49,226 nucleotides of DNA from Catajapyx aquilonaris (taxonomy: Eukaryota), in contig JYFJ02002896.1 in the NCBI GenBank assembly GCA_000934665.2, positions 1 to 49,226 on the forward strand, given 5' to 3'. The position numbers and the translations under genes were made by a program. Position 1 is the stretch's first letter; each line of letters opens with the position of its first letter. Positions 38,679-49,226 of the stretch are shown here, piece by piece. A model generated the notes under the pieces. It was not told the DNA's origin and did no database searches. It saw nothing but the letters and a program-made list of their open reading frames with translations.

Positions 38679-40662
38679 AACAAATAAATAAAGTCGATAT
38701 CAGTTACATGTAATATCGGTTACATAATTATGCATCGTGTCTTGTCAGACAGGACGCTGTTTCAATAGGTCTCCCTTGATACCTTGAACCCTATAGGCAG
38801 CTCGATTAGTTAATACAGGAAATCATTGTTAAAACAGCACATTAATGCGATGAGAGGGAGACACAAGGGTCAGAAGCGATCAGCTTCATCCAATTAGGTA
38901 CCATGCTGAATATCGACCAGAAGATGTGTCCGATAACAACCCTGAGTCATAAGGGGCATTTATACTCTTATAGCTTGTTACCTCACGAAGCCACTAACGA
39001 TGTGTCTGGTCTGTGTACCTGTATACAAGGTATCTTTGAGAGGCTCCCCATTTTTTCCCTCTAGTCAAGGACGTGTTACGCAGTCAGGCGAATCCAGCAT
39101 CATTTTGGTATCACGGCAACTACAGCGTGTCGTTGAACAGTTCATCACCAATTACATCGTAGTGCCAGAGGTTTATCAAAACACGTGGACTTTGCCTAAT
39201 GCATATTTTTTGATAAACAAACAAATTTTTGCGTCATATAATATGTATAAAAAAATGTGCTTGCAAAAGTTTTTACTAGTTAGGCGTGATAAGACAGTGA
39301 CGATCTTAAGAAACCGATTGGTAGAATTATCCGGAATTTCTAGAAGAAACGCAGATATGCTGTTGTTATTTTTTTTACGGCGTATCACGCACTAGAGTAG
39401 CATGTTTAACCGAGTGTAGTGTAACCCTATATGAACACTCTCTATGTAATAACAAGTTCTGATTTATTAATGTTTGACTACAATTATAATTACGCCTAAA
39501 CAATGGCATGCATGCAGGATAATGTAATTATGCATGGGCTACACTGCTGGGTCACAATAACGCAACATGTCACAGGGCATTATGAGTTTCGTATTCATGT
39601 TTATATTGCTTAATAATTGCGGTCATGGTCACGTTTAGCCCAGTAACATGGCTTTCTCGAAAATTAAATATCGCTCTGACATCAATGGATCGGTGTAAAC
39701 CCGTATATGTAATCGACAACGGTGGGAAGATCAGCATACATGGTGTGTATAAGCAGCCAAGGTGAACAAACTATCAAGCGTGTGGTGAGGTATTACGAAG
39801 CTATATAAATATTTATATCACATTTTATCTAGACGGAATATTTCGCAATGGTATAGTTCCCCTTTGGTCCAATAGTGAGGAAGTAATGTTGGGAGTAACC
39901 GATGGAGGGAGACACTGGATTTACCATCCAGGATACGAATTGGCTGCCACTAGTGGCAGTTTTTGGAATGTTATGTCTGACTTTACATATGTTTTGTGGC
40001 ATGCTGCAAACTACAAATGAACATATCAGCATGTAGAAATAATATTGGGATCCAACAAAATAATCCAGCTCTCACATACCGCCATATCTGAAGCGATAAT
40101 TTGGTACGACAAGGTGCGTGTGCAATATCTTGGACATTACTGTAATTAGTATATTACTGTATAAAATCTGGTTGCTAGGCATCTAAGCTTATTTACACAA
40201 TATTGTTTGAATCATCTGATCACACAAAATAGTTTTACCCGAATAATTTACTCTAATATATAGACCTTGCCATACTTTTCCAATAGTAGCGACGAATTCG
40301 AGCTTGGGTTGATGATACTACCCGTGTAATAATTACAGGTGAGAATATATGTAGCACATATGGTTTAGTTAGTAGGATTTTGAATGGTTAATACTGGCAA
40401 TTTTGTTCCTGATGTTGTTATCCGTTCTCTACTTATTAACCATGAAACGCGGCATTTCCTTTCATAAAACATGCCTCAATTACCGGTATGTAAGGTATCC
40501 CATATCAAATATTCTCAATTTAATTCGAATAAACTTCCGTTCCCATTAGTGATAATTTACTTGGTGATGTTGTGCATGACTTGCACGACTTAATCTATTT
40601 TAATAATGAAAAACTTTTTATTAAGAATACTCCCGATTACAATGTTATTCTTCAGCCCAGTG

Positions 40663-41207
40663 ATGTCAAAAAAGATATGTAGACTTGAAGAGATAGCGTC
40701 TAGGACGCCTATGGTTCTACGCTCCCAATGTAGCCTTAACCCTGGCCAAAATATGATGAAGAAAGAGACTAGAAACAAAGGAACCACGTACGATATTAGA
40801 ACATTCACTGCAAGCAATGCAGCAACAGGAGACGCCGACACTAAAGAGGACAAAGAAATCAAAATACACATACCTGGTAAGGAAAATGCTTTGAGATTTT
40901 ACTGAATAATGGATGGTCCTGTCATTTGCATCCACTGCTTACTGTGGGCTGTACCACACAAAGTTGTTTGATTGTCGATCGAGGATTGATTATTGTTACC
41001 AGTAATACTTTTTATTCTACAGTAGAGTGGAACAACACCAACTCCCATTTACGGGCCCTATGCAAGGTGTGCCAGGTGAACGATCTGGGTGTCGCTTTTC
41101 GTCCATGTGGTCATGTCCTGTGTTGCCAGAAATGCGCCATGGGATTTGTGAAGTGTCCCATCTGCGGCAAGGACATCCGTACAAGGGGACAAATATTTGT
41201 CCCCTAG
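40663..41207 (+). CDS. Small protein with a C-terminal C3HC4 RING finger of IAP/MDM2 type (putative E3 ligase; 5' exons uncertain)
   Basis: Exons 40656/40663-40876 (CCTG|GTAAGG) and 41023-41207 (TTCTACAG|) join in phase 1. The RING is CKVC..NDLGVAFRPCGHVLCCQKCAMGFVKCPICGKDIRTRGQIFVP-stop, placed at the extreme C-terminus as in IAPs. AATAAA occurs at 42052. Confidence 0.75.
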
Positions 41208-41757
41208 AAATCGTGTCCTGTCCTGACTCCTGAAAACTTCTGAGAAAACTTTTCGCTCCAGACCAGCAGCCTTTAATGGATCCTAAAATAGTATCGTCAT
41301 TGATTACACCAGAGAATTAAATTAATACAAAGTGAACGAGATATGCATTTTTATTATTGATCAGTGACTGAATTTTATTTGGTGTAAATAATTTTCTCTT
41401 GCTATCGTGATGTTATTATGGGTAGTTATTTCAGCCAAGCAATGACGAAATCGGACGTGTCTCCACAGCTCATGACCGGTCCGTCGGGCTTTTGGGGGGT
41501 CTAATTGGCCAAACGAGACCGGGAAGTGGTGTTTCTCTTCAACCTCTTTGGTGGTGAGTGCTGTGTAAACAAACATCTCACATCGCTAACAGACAGCATG
41601 GGGAGTAATTTGAATTTATTAGGCCTTCCAAAATTATCCACTTGGAGTAATGGAATTACAGGGAAATTAGTGCCAGAGGTCACAGAGAGCAGTCCATCAT
41701 CAATATTCTACATCTTTGATTTGATATAACTTAAGTTAGTAGAGTAGCATAATAATA

Positions 41758-41909
41758 CAGTTGACTCCGGATATAACAGCCTCGACTATAACAGATTCTT
41801 GGTTATAGCATACTGGAAAGGCTGGTCCCGCCATAACAGACCTCGTCGGTTATAACATACTGATTGTCCTCCGCGGTCCCTTGAAGTATGTTATAACCAG
41901 AGTCTACTG
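41758..41909. mobile_element. Tigger/pogo-like MITE
   Basis: TA-CAGTTGACTCCGGATATAACA pairs with TGTTATAACCAGAGTCTACTG-TA. Internal TATAACA subrepeats are present. Confidence 0.75.
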
Positions 41910-42323
41910 TATATAATAATGTCAATACGTTTAGTAATCAATTAGTATGAGACGAATATTCCCTGTCTCTTTCCATCGAATACCTTCGGTATGAGCTGGC
42001 TGTATCTGTTACCACCATCACAAGAAAAATGAAAAACACACTTTGGATAACAATAAAAACTATTTACTTGTATTTTTTTCTGTCTTATTTATTTTTCCCA
42101 TATTGTTTATATTTTTCCCGAAATTTCGATCTTGTTGACTTCTAGTGGGTACTCGCGATGGTAAAGATGGAACATCTTCCAGTACCTGCACAGAATGGCA
42201 TATTTTAAGATTAAAATAATAATAAGTGTACCTACTTGTACAATATTGTAGGTGAGGGTCAATTATTCACTGGTTAAAATACTGATGACTCAAATTGTTA
42301 CCTTTCGTTTGGCCTTGACATCA

Positions 42324-43562
42324 CTAAGACGTTTTAGGGTCGGGCTTCTTTCCCTGGTTAGGAGGTTTGGTAGCAGGTGGTGAGTTGGTTAGGGCCCATG
42401 CATCTCTCTCCTTGTACCACACCCTCTCATACTGACATCCAAGCAATGGGCCAATTTCCGTAGGCGTCTGTTTTTATGTGTGTAGAATTCAATCAATGCA
42501 TATTACATTAAAAGGTATTTTAACAGAGAAGGCAATACTCACGCTTTCGTAAGATGGAACGAAGGGTTGATATGCTGGGGGCCGATTGGGCTGAAAAGCC
42601 AACATCATAAACAATATTTAATATGCGAATGAAATTTCTCACAGAAAAATAAAGCTGTTATATGCATAAATTCATTTAGCTGAGTACAAAATGACATACG
42701 TCGTTGCAAGGACATGGGCCAGGATCCCTCCACTTCTTGCTAGGTTTGGCAGCTATCTTGATTGGTGGTGGAAGTGGCTGTTTTTTTTTGTAGAATTTCA
42801 TGATTGTATATCACATTAAAAGTTATTTTAACTGGGTGTAAATTCTTATAACAATATTTAACAGGTGACTTAAATTGCTCATACAGGTAAATAGAGCTCT
42901 TATGTGCATTATTATATTCAGCTGAATACATAATGACATACCTCGCAAATTGATGGATCACACTTGTGGTCGATAGGCCTGCGGGCAGTGTCGTGTGGGT
43001 AAGCCTCTCGGAGCCATTGTTTAAGCTCTTTGTAGTACATCTTCTCGTAATTGTTACTGAGTAACTGGGTGATCTCAGGGCGATCCTGTTTTTGTGTAAA
43101 ATTACATGAATGGCATATCACATTAAAAGTTATTTACATTGAATATAGGCCTACTCACATATACGTAGGACGGGACAAAGGTAACTGGGGGTGGTGGGTA
43201 CACTTTACTCTGAAAACACAAAAACATATTTAACAATATTTTAATAGGCGAATTACATTTTTCTGAGTAAATAAAGCTGTTATAATAATTGAGCTGAATA
43301 CAAAATAATATATTCTCCAGCAATAATGATACCAGAGGGTAATTATTGTCGGTTGACAACTGTCAACATGGCAAACTACAATACAATAAAATTACCTCTG
43401 TGACCAGACTTTTGGGTAGCCCTGTATATAGGGGAGGTAATAGAGCTTAATAGATCTTACCCGGACTAGGTCAGCGTAGCACATTTGTGGTGCAGGCATT
43501 CCGCTGTCGCTGCTGGTCTGGGTGGGGGTGGTCTGAGTGTTGTCGGTACCGTTATCGTTCAT
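42324..43562 (-). CDS. Uncharacterised 5-exon Pro-rich protein (~171 aa) with two related helical motifs
   Basis: Exons 43562-43461, 43085-42942, 42777-42700, 42590-42543, 42467-42324 have canonical donors (GTAAGA, GTATGT, GTATGT, GTGAGT) and CAG acceptors. All introns are phase 0 and there is no internal stop. Minus-strand AATAAA occurs at ~42093-42088. Confidence 0.65.
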
Positions 43563-44959
43563 TTTTATGGGATTTTCTGGAGCACAAAAATTTTGAAATG
43601 TTTTGTCCAAATGTGGTAGAGTAAATGTGTGGTTGCTTAGTGATCGGAAACAAGGACTGCACTATAGCATTGTTGCAGTGAGTTGGGATTGTTGTTTACT
43701 CTCAAGGTGCCACAAACCACCGTTTGTGGACCACAGTCTGCCCAATTTGCCTCGATTCAGCATATATGCCATTATATACTGTGTTTGTGAAAGTGTTGAA
43801 TCATTCCTGTAATATGTAATATTTGGTGAGACTCACCACTGCACTGTCGAGGTTTCATCGCGGCAATATAGCCGTCGAAGAGAGGATGGGATATCAAAAG
43901 CATCGAACAACTTCTAGAATTATTTGACCAGTTTGATGCTTGACTGCCAATGGAATGGTATTATGCATCACAGTGCAAGGGGATGGAAACAAAGTGGAGC
44001 CTGATGGGGCTCAAAACCTCCATGTGATCGAAATTGTAATGACAGAATAATGAAGTTGGTGGAATAATGAAATTTTAGTGTTACAGCACTTTGCTCTCAC
44101 ATACCTGATAAGAACTAGCTCACAAACTGCATGGTTGTTCTAATACTGCCTACACTATTTCTTACATAGCAGTGGATAGTGCTATTACTATACGCAATCA
44201 TTTTTGTAATTCTTGGGATGATAGTACAAGTACGTGAACCCATCTTTTTAAAGCCTACAAGGGAGTCTGGATTGCACCAAGTGGGATTCTGTCATTGACC
44301 TGACTCTCTCAGGAACACACTAAATTAGCATTAACCAATGGCATCCTTGTACGAAAAAAGTCCCATGAAATTTTAAACGCAGGTAAATTGATCTCTTTAT
44401 TAATGTGAAAATTAGCAGTCGAAGTGATGTTTGAAATAAGGCAAAAAATTTCAAAATTCTGGGGAGTAAAAAGAGTAAGTTTGGTTGTCAGTGTGTGATG
44501 GCCATTAAAGCAGTCATTTCACGATTCTTTCCGGTGAAAGTGAAGGGCGAAATCCATCTGCCAAAGTCATCTTAAAGTTTGACTACATACAGGCCCAGGA
44601 CTTTTAGAGCCTGAGATTTGTCATTTAAGCCCACTTTCACCGAAATGGAAAGGGTCGTGGAATAAGAGTGTTCATATAGGAAGTCAATGAAAATCCGGGC
44701 CACGAATGCAAAGGACAGGCCATGACATCACAACTTTGGTGAACCTTCTTTCGAATTTCGTCGCTGATATTTAAACGAGATTGACAAATCATGTGAGCAT
44801 GACTAGAGTAGACTTTTTCATACCACCCATAACTCATTTTCGGCCAAAAGTGGACTTACCCTTTTCATCCTCCCTCCCCTACCCCCAGACTGCCCCTTTC
44901 CCCCTTTAAAAAATCTATCCTACGGCAAACCCATCTTTTATAGACATTTTCTCATCCAT

Positions 44960-45219
44960 AAAAAGTCTTATAGCACGGCTCTGTCCGTCCGTCCGTCTGT
45001 GGACAAGTATCAGGTATCAGGGGGTAGGAGGAGGGAGGGAGAAAGGGTGATCTGGGGAAGGGGTCGCGGGCGGTGAGGGGACTGGGAGGTCAGGGGTAGG
45101 GGGTAGTAGGGGGAAGGGGCTGATTGAGTGAACCCGGAACCCGAAAATCGAAAAAAGTCTTATAGCACGGCTCTGTCTGATACCTGTCCACAAACAGACA
45201 GAGCCGTTCTATAAGACTT
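44960..45219. mobile_element. DINE-1/HINE-like (Helentron-associated) element remnant
   Basis: AAAAAGTCTTATAGCACGGCTCTGTC is followed by a (GTCC)n microsatellite. The same block is repeated at 45152 and inverted at ~45194-45219. Confidence 0.5.
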
Positions 45220-46264
45220 ATTTCTCGAAAAAGTCTAAAAGGACGAAGAAAATATTTAGGTTTTCTGCTTGCCATTCACAAGAATATCTTAGTGCGACCT
45301 GTCACTACCGGCATTGGAAAGTATGTTGCATGTCAGATCTAAATTGACTAGGTGGTGTGGAATAATGTGTAGACTATATCGGACGTCACTTGGCTGCATT
45401 TCCTCTCTGTAGAACCATCGTAGAACCGGGTAGAACTAATATTTCGTGTACCTGTCTGTGAGGTGTTTTGTTCTGGTGGACGCAGGATTGTCCGCATGGA
45501 CGCTCCAAAAGACTCAATTCACACGGGTCATGTGTCAAAAATAATTACACAATTTTCAGTGTCATTATGTGAGTGTGGTGTGTGCACGCGGAAGTAATAT
45601 GAGGAGGCCATGCCGTCAGTGACAATTGACACATAGGCCTACCCAGGGAATTCATAGTGCCGATGCCGTGGCAACTGTACTACAGTTGGAAGGTTCTGAC
45701 AACGAGATGGATGGGTGACAAAGTTGATCACGTTGTTCCATGAATGTGTCAAAATTATTTGCTGTTATATGAGGGAGTTTGGAGGAGCTTGATGATTTGG
45801 GATGGGCTGCTCAAGACAAACGAGCATTAATTGGGTTAGTGTCATCAGGCTGACTTGTATATTAGGTTCATGCAACGTAATTTCTACAGTATCTCCATAT
45901 TACATGGAGTAATTTGACAGGTGGAGTTACTAGGGGATACAGGTAATACTGTAATTAGGAAAAACTATTAACAACAAAATAGGATTGTTTTGTTTCTGTA
46001 TAAACTTTGCCGAACCCCGAAAACATAGTGACACTATTAATAAAAACCACAACACTGCACTAACAGGGGGTCCCAGAATATATGCATTATTGTGATATTC
46101 ACAGGTACTATACAGTACAGTAAATCTAAAAATTCTAATGAGTAACATATGGTACAGTACGGCACATTCATTTGAAAATGAATTAACTCAATCCATCGGG
46201 CACCTATACCATTCAATTCTAGGTGAGTTTTCAGCGCCTTCAGAAACGTGAGTTCTGAGATTAT

Positions 46265-46380
46265 CCTCCTGAGACCCCTGGTACAGTATACTGTACCTTT
46301 GTTTTTTTATGCGTTTGGGTTAGTCAGAAGGTGCTGGAAAAACCAAAGGTACAGTATACTGTACCAGGGGTCTCTGGAGG
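46265..46380. mobile_element. ~120-bp palindromic MITE, copy 2
   Basis: Near-identical to 34469-34587, including the loop GCGTTTG.GTTAG..AGAAGGTGCTGGAAAAA. Confidence 0.85.
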
Positions 46381-49226
46381 TTATTACGAGACGTACAGTA
46401 TACCATTTCTCAATCCAAAAAATTAAATTGATTTAAAAATAATTACGCAACTCTCTGCTGGGCTTTCATGTACTGGTAAATATACTGTATAAACTGACAA
46501 TATGAACTTATTACAAGTACATGAAAAGTGTGCTTATTTGATACACTAATAGGTTAGTAAATTGAGTGTACTTGATAATGATGTGCATTGGAGGATCAAT
46601 CGCAGGGATGATGAACTCCACTACCCAGTCTCCCCATCCCATCTGTATGGCGCAAATGACACATCCTGTGTCGTCACCTGCGTCATTTCCTACTACCGCT
46701 CTCCAAGAAGGAATGGGTGACGCCAAACAATGACACTAACTAGAGTGCATTTCAAGCGCAATCGCGGGCACCTCTTGTGCTGTTGAACCCTGTTGGTGCT
46801 ATATGCAGAATATACAGCCAGTTTTGCTCTCATGCCTCTGGGTATTCGGTGTACAGTACCATGTAATTTTATTGCATTTTGCGAAAATGAACATCCAGGT
46901 TATAGGCGGCTACATATTTTGTAGTCAGCACACCAACTGTTGTGCCAGTTGCACTGGGAAGATCTCTGTCAAGAAAGTACATCAAAACAGATGTCATAGC
47001 ATGTCGCCATGACAACAGATTTCCTCTTGCGTAAGAAGTAAAGTATTCCGCATAAGACCCCACTGTAGTACAATATCTCAATTTTTGATCCGATTGACTA
47101 CAATTGACCCAAAAACATTAGGATCTTCTCCTAATTCCGGTGTCCTTAATTAGAAAGCAGTGTATTCATTCTGTGGAAAACATCCCAAATAGGCGTAACT
47201 GATAAATGCAATGGGGGATCTGAAAAAGCGGTGCATGGGATGTGGTGGTGGGTCGAGGGGAGGGAATATGAAGGGAGGGAAGGGAAGGTTCAGGGGGTGG
47301 AGGGGAAGGCAAATGGATCGATGGCGCAGAGTTTCTAGAGGGCCCTCGTCTATGTGTAGCAGACGCAGTCACCACGCCCCGGCACCAGCACTAACATCAG
47401 CATTCTCGTTATCTATCGGTAAGTCACTCTAACATGAATTCTAGGTGTCTCAAATCATATGGTGGTTGGAGGTTTTTATCCGGTCTTCTGGTTGGGGAGA
47501 GCAGAGGGTGGGGGGGAAAGGGGACAATGGTTGACAATCAGCTCGGGAAGGCCTCCATTAGTCGAAAGGTGGTTAAATGTCCATGACATTGTCGTAGCCA
47601 AAGAGGGTTGGGATCTATAAATCGTTAGGTGAATTATGTCGTGCGTCATGGTTGTATCATTTAAAGGATATGTGTGACTAGAGTTAGTGGCAGGATGGGA
47701 TGAACACGTGTCGATATGTGGATGTGTTACACGCATGAAAGATAGCTCTTAGGAACCAGATGGAATTGTAAATTGTTGGGAGTTATTTACATATGATTCT
47801 GCACAGGTGTGAATTCGTGAATGTGTCTTGTATGACGTTTATAGAAATGGCATGTTCTAGTTTCGTGCTAGTTTTTTTTCTCTCTGTATGCGCATTATGC
47901 GGTATACTGTACATGGGAAGAATAGTCCTATAGTCAGTATAGTGTATTGAAGATTAAAACCTCGCATGAAGCATTCTTTTTTTACAAACATTTCTCTGTG
48001 GGACTGTAATGATACTGGCTCAAAATAGAAAGACCGCTTATAGAGTACTGTACAACAATATATGTACTTTAGACCATGTCTGCGTATAAGATTTTCATAT
48101 ATTTACAACATTTTAGAAATATGTTAGAACATTACCGTATACATTTCGAAGACACACAACGAATTTGTAAATAATTTACAGCCATCAATAAATACATTTT
48201 AGACTGTAGATATTGATATTGCAATAAATATCATTTTTCTGTTGTTCTATTTATAAAATAATATGACAAATAGTTTCTGCAGACTTGTAAACAACAGGTT
48301 ATTCTTCCCGCGACATTGGTATCTTATGTTTATTTTTTTCCACCCCTCAATCGAATGCCCCTAAAGGCTTGAAACTAAAGTTCCTAAGGTGTCCCTGTAT
48401 TTCACAAGCATCTCATCTTCGCCTTAGGCTCCAAATTGCTCCCTGGAGAGTCCTGAGTTGGATTCGCGAGCCATAAAATATTTTACCTATGAAAAGACTG
48501 CTTGTATAACTCCCCTGTTGGGCTTTAATACCCCCCCCCCCCAACGTTGTCATTTACATCCTCCTACATTTATCTAACTCCACGATGAATAAATTTTTGG
48601 CACACAATATCACCAAATAAATTGGTCTGCTGAACGAGTTACTACCAGACGCGGAAAGTTTGCAAAATCAGAGCCCCGAACAAATTCGACCGAAATGTCA
48701 CGCTGAGGACGTGCCAAATGGTAGACTCCGAATCCAAGCGGAAGCAATACCTCCAGACGGTAATGCAACGCAAAGCACGTAATATCCGGCCGCAATACCA
48801 ACAAGCACCTCATCCCGGAGGTGACGTCAGATATTGAAACAAAAAAAAGGGGGGGGGGGCGCTAGATATGCATATGGACAAAGGGTCGTTGACATTTTCA
48901 AACGATCGTCCTGTGGATGCTATCTAGCTCAGGTATTGATTCTTGGTTTCACTCACAGCAGTTTGGCCCTCAGGCAGGTACGGTATATTAGGTGGACAGC
49001 CGACTTGGGACAAATAACAAACAGTTGAGGATAGAAAAAAAATTCGGGAGTCATCCTTGTCGCAGTAGTACCAAAGTTAGCAAAAAAATATATATTGGGT
49101 TGGAACTCACGAAACAGTGCGTGACTGCCATTGTGAAGGATGGGTCACCTATTATACAATCGGTGGACAAACGTCATACCGATACTTATTAATGACGTGC
49201 CATTTGTTAGGAAATCCGGAAAAATA

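Noticed and set aside
46500..49226. Several 60-86-aa ORFs and exon-like GC-richer patches
   Set aside because: I found no recognisable motifs and could not build a consistent spliced frame; the region is left unannotated.

Overview
Eukaryotic (invertebrate metazoan, probably arthropod-like) genomic DNA with short GT-AG introns and a very dense load of non-autonomous transposons. Most ORFs in the supplied track are exon pieces or noise, so I rebuilt spliced gene models by hand from splice sites and frame continuity. In order: a frameshifted LINE reverse-transcriptase fragment (1-~636, minus) abutting a 5-exon Vasa/DDX3-like DEAD-box gene (639-2668, +) that keeps an open frame but has lost its DEAD, SAT, ARGLD and HRIGR motifs; a complete 13-coding-exon NFXL1 gene (4401-16320, +) with a 189-bp tandem repeat in its first coding exon and one GC-AG intron; a nested MITE/SINE cluster (17.7-22.2 kb); a complete CTDSPL2/SCP4 phosphatase gene (28412-32135, -); a small IAP-type RING-finger gene (40663-41207, +); and a convergent 5-exon orphan gene (42324-43562, -) apparently built from duplicated exon-intron modules. 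There is no CRISPR array, operon, rRNA or true tRNA. The best candidate for new biology is the apparent pseudo-helicase Vasa paralog. All family assignments come from recalled motifs; no database search was run.
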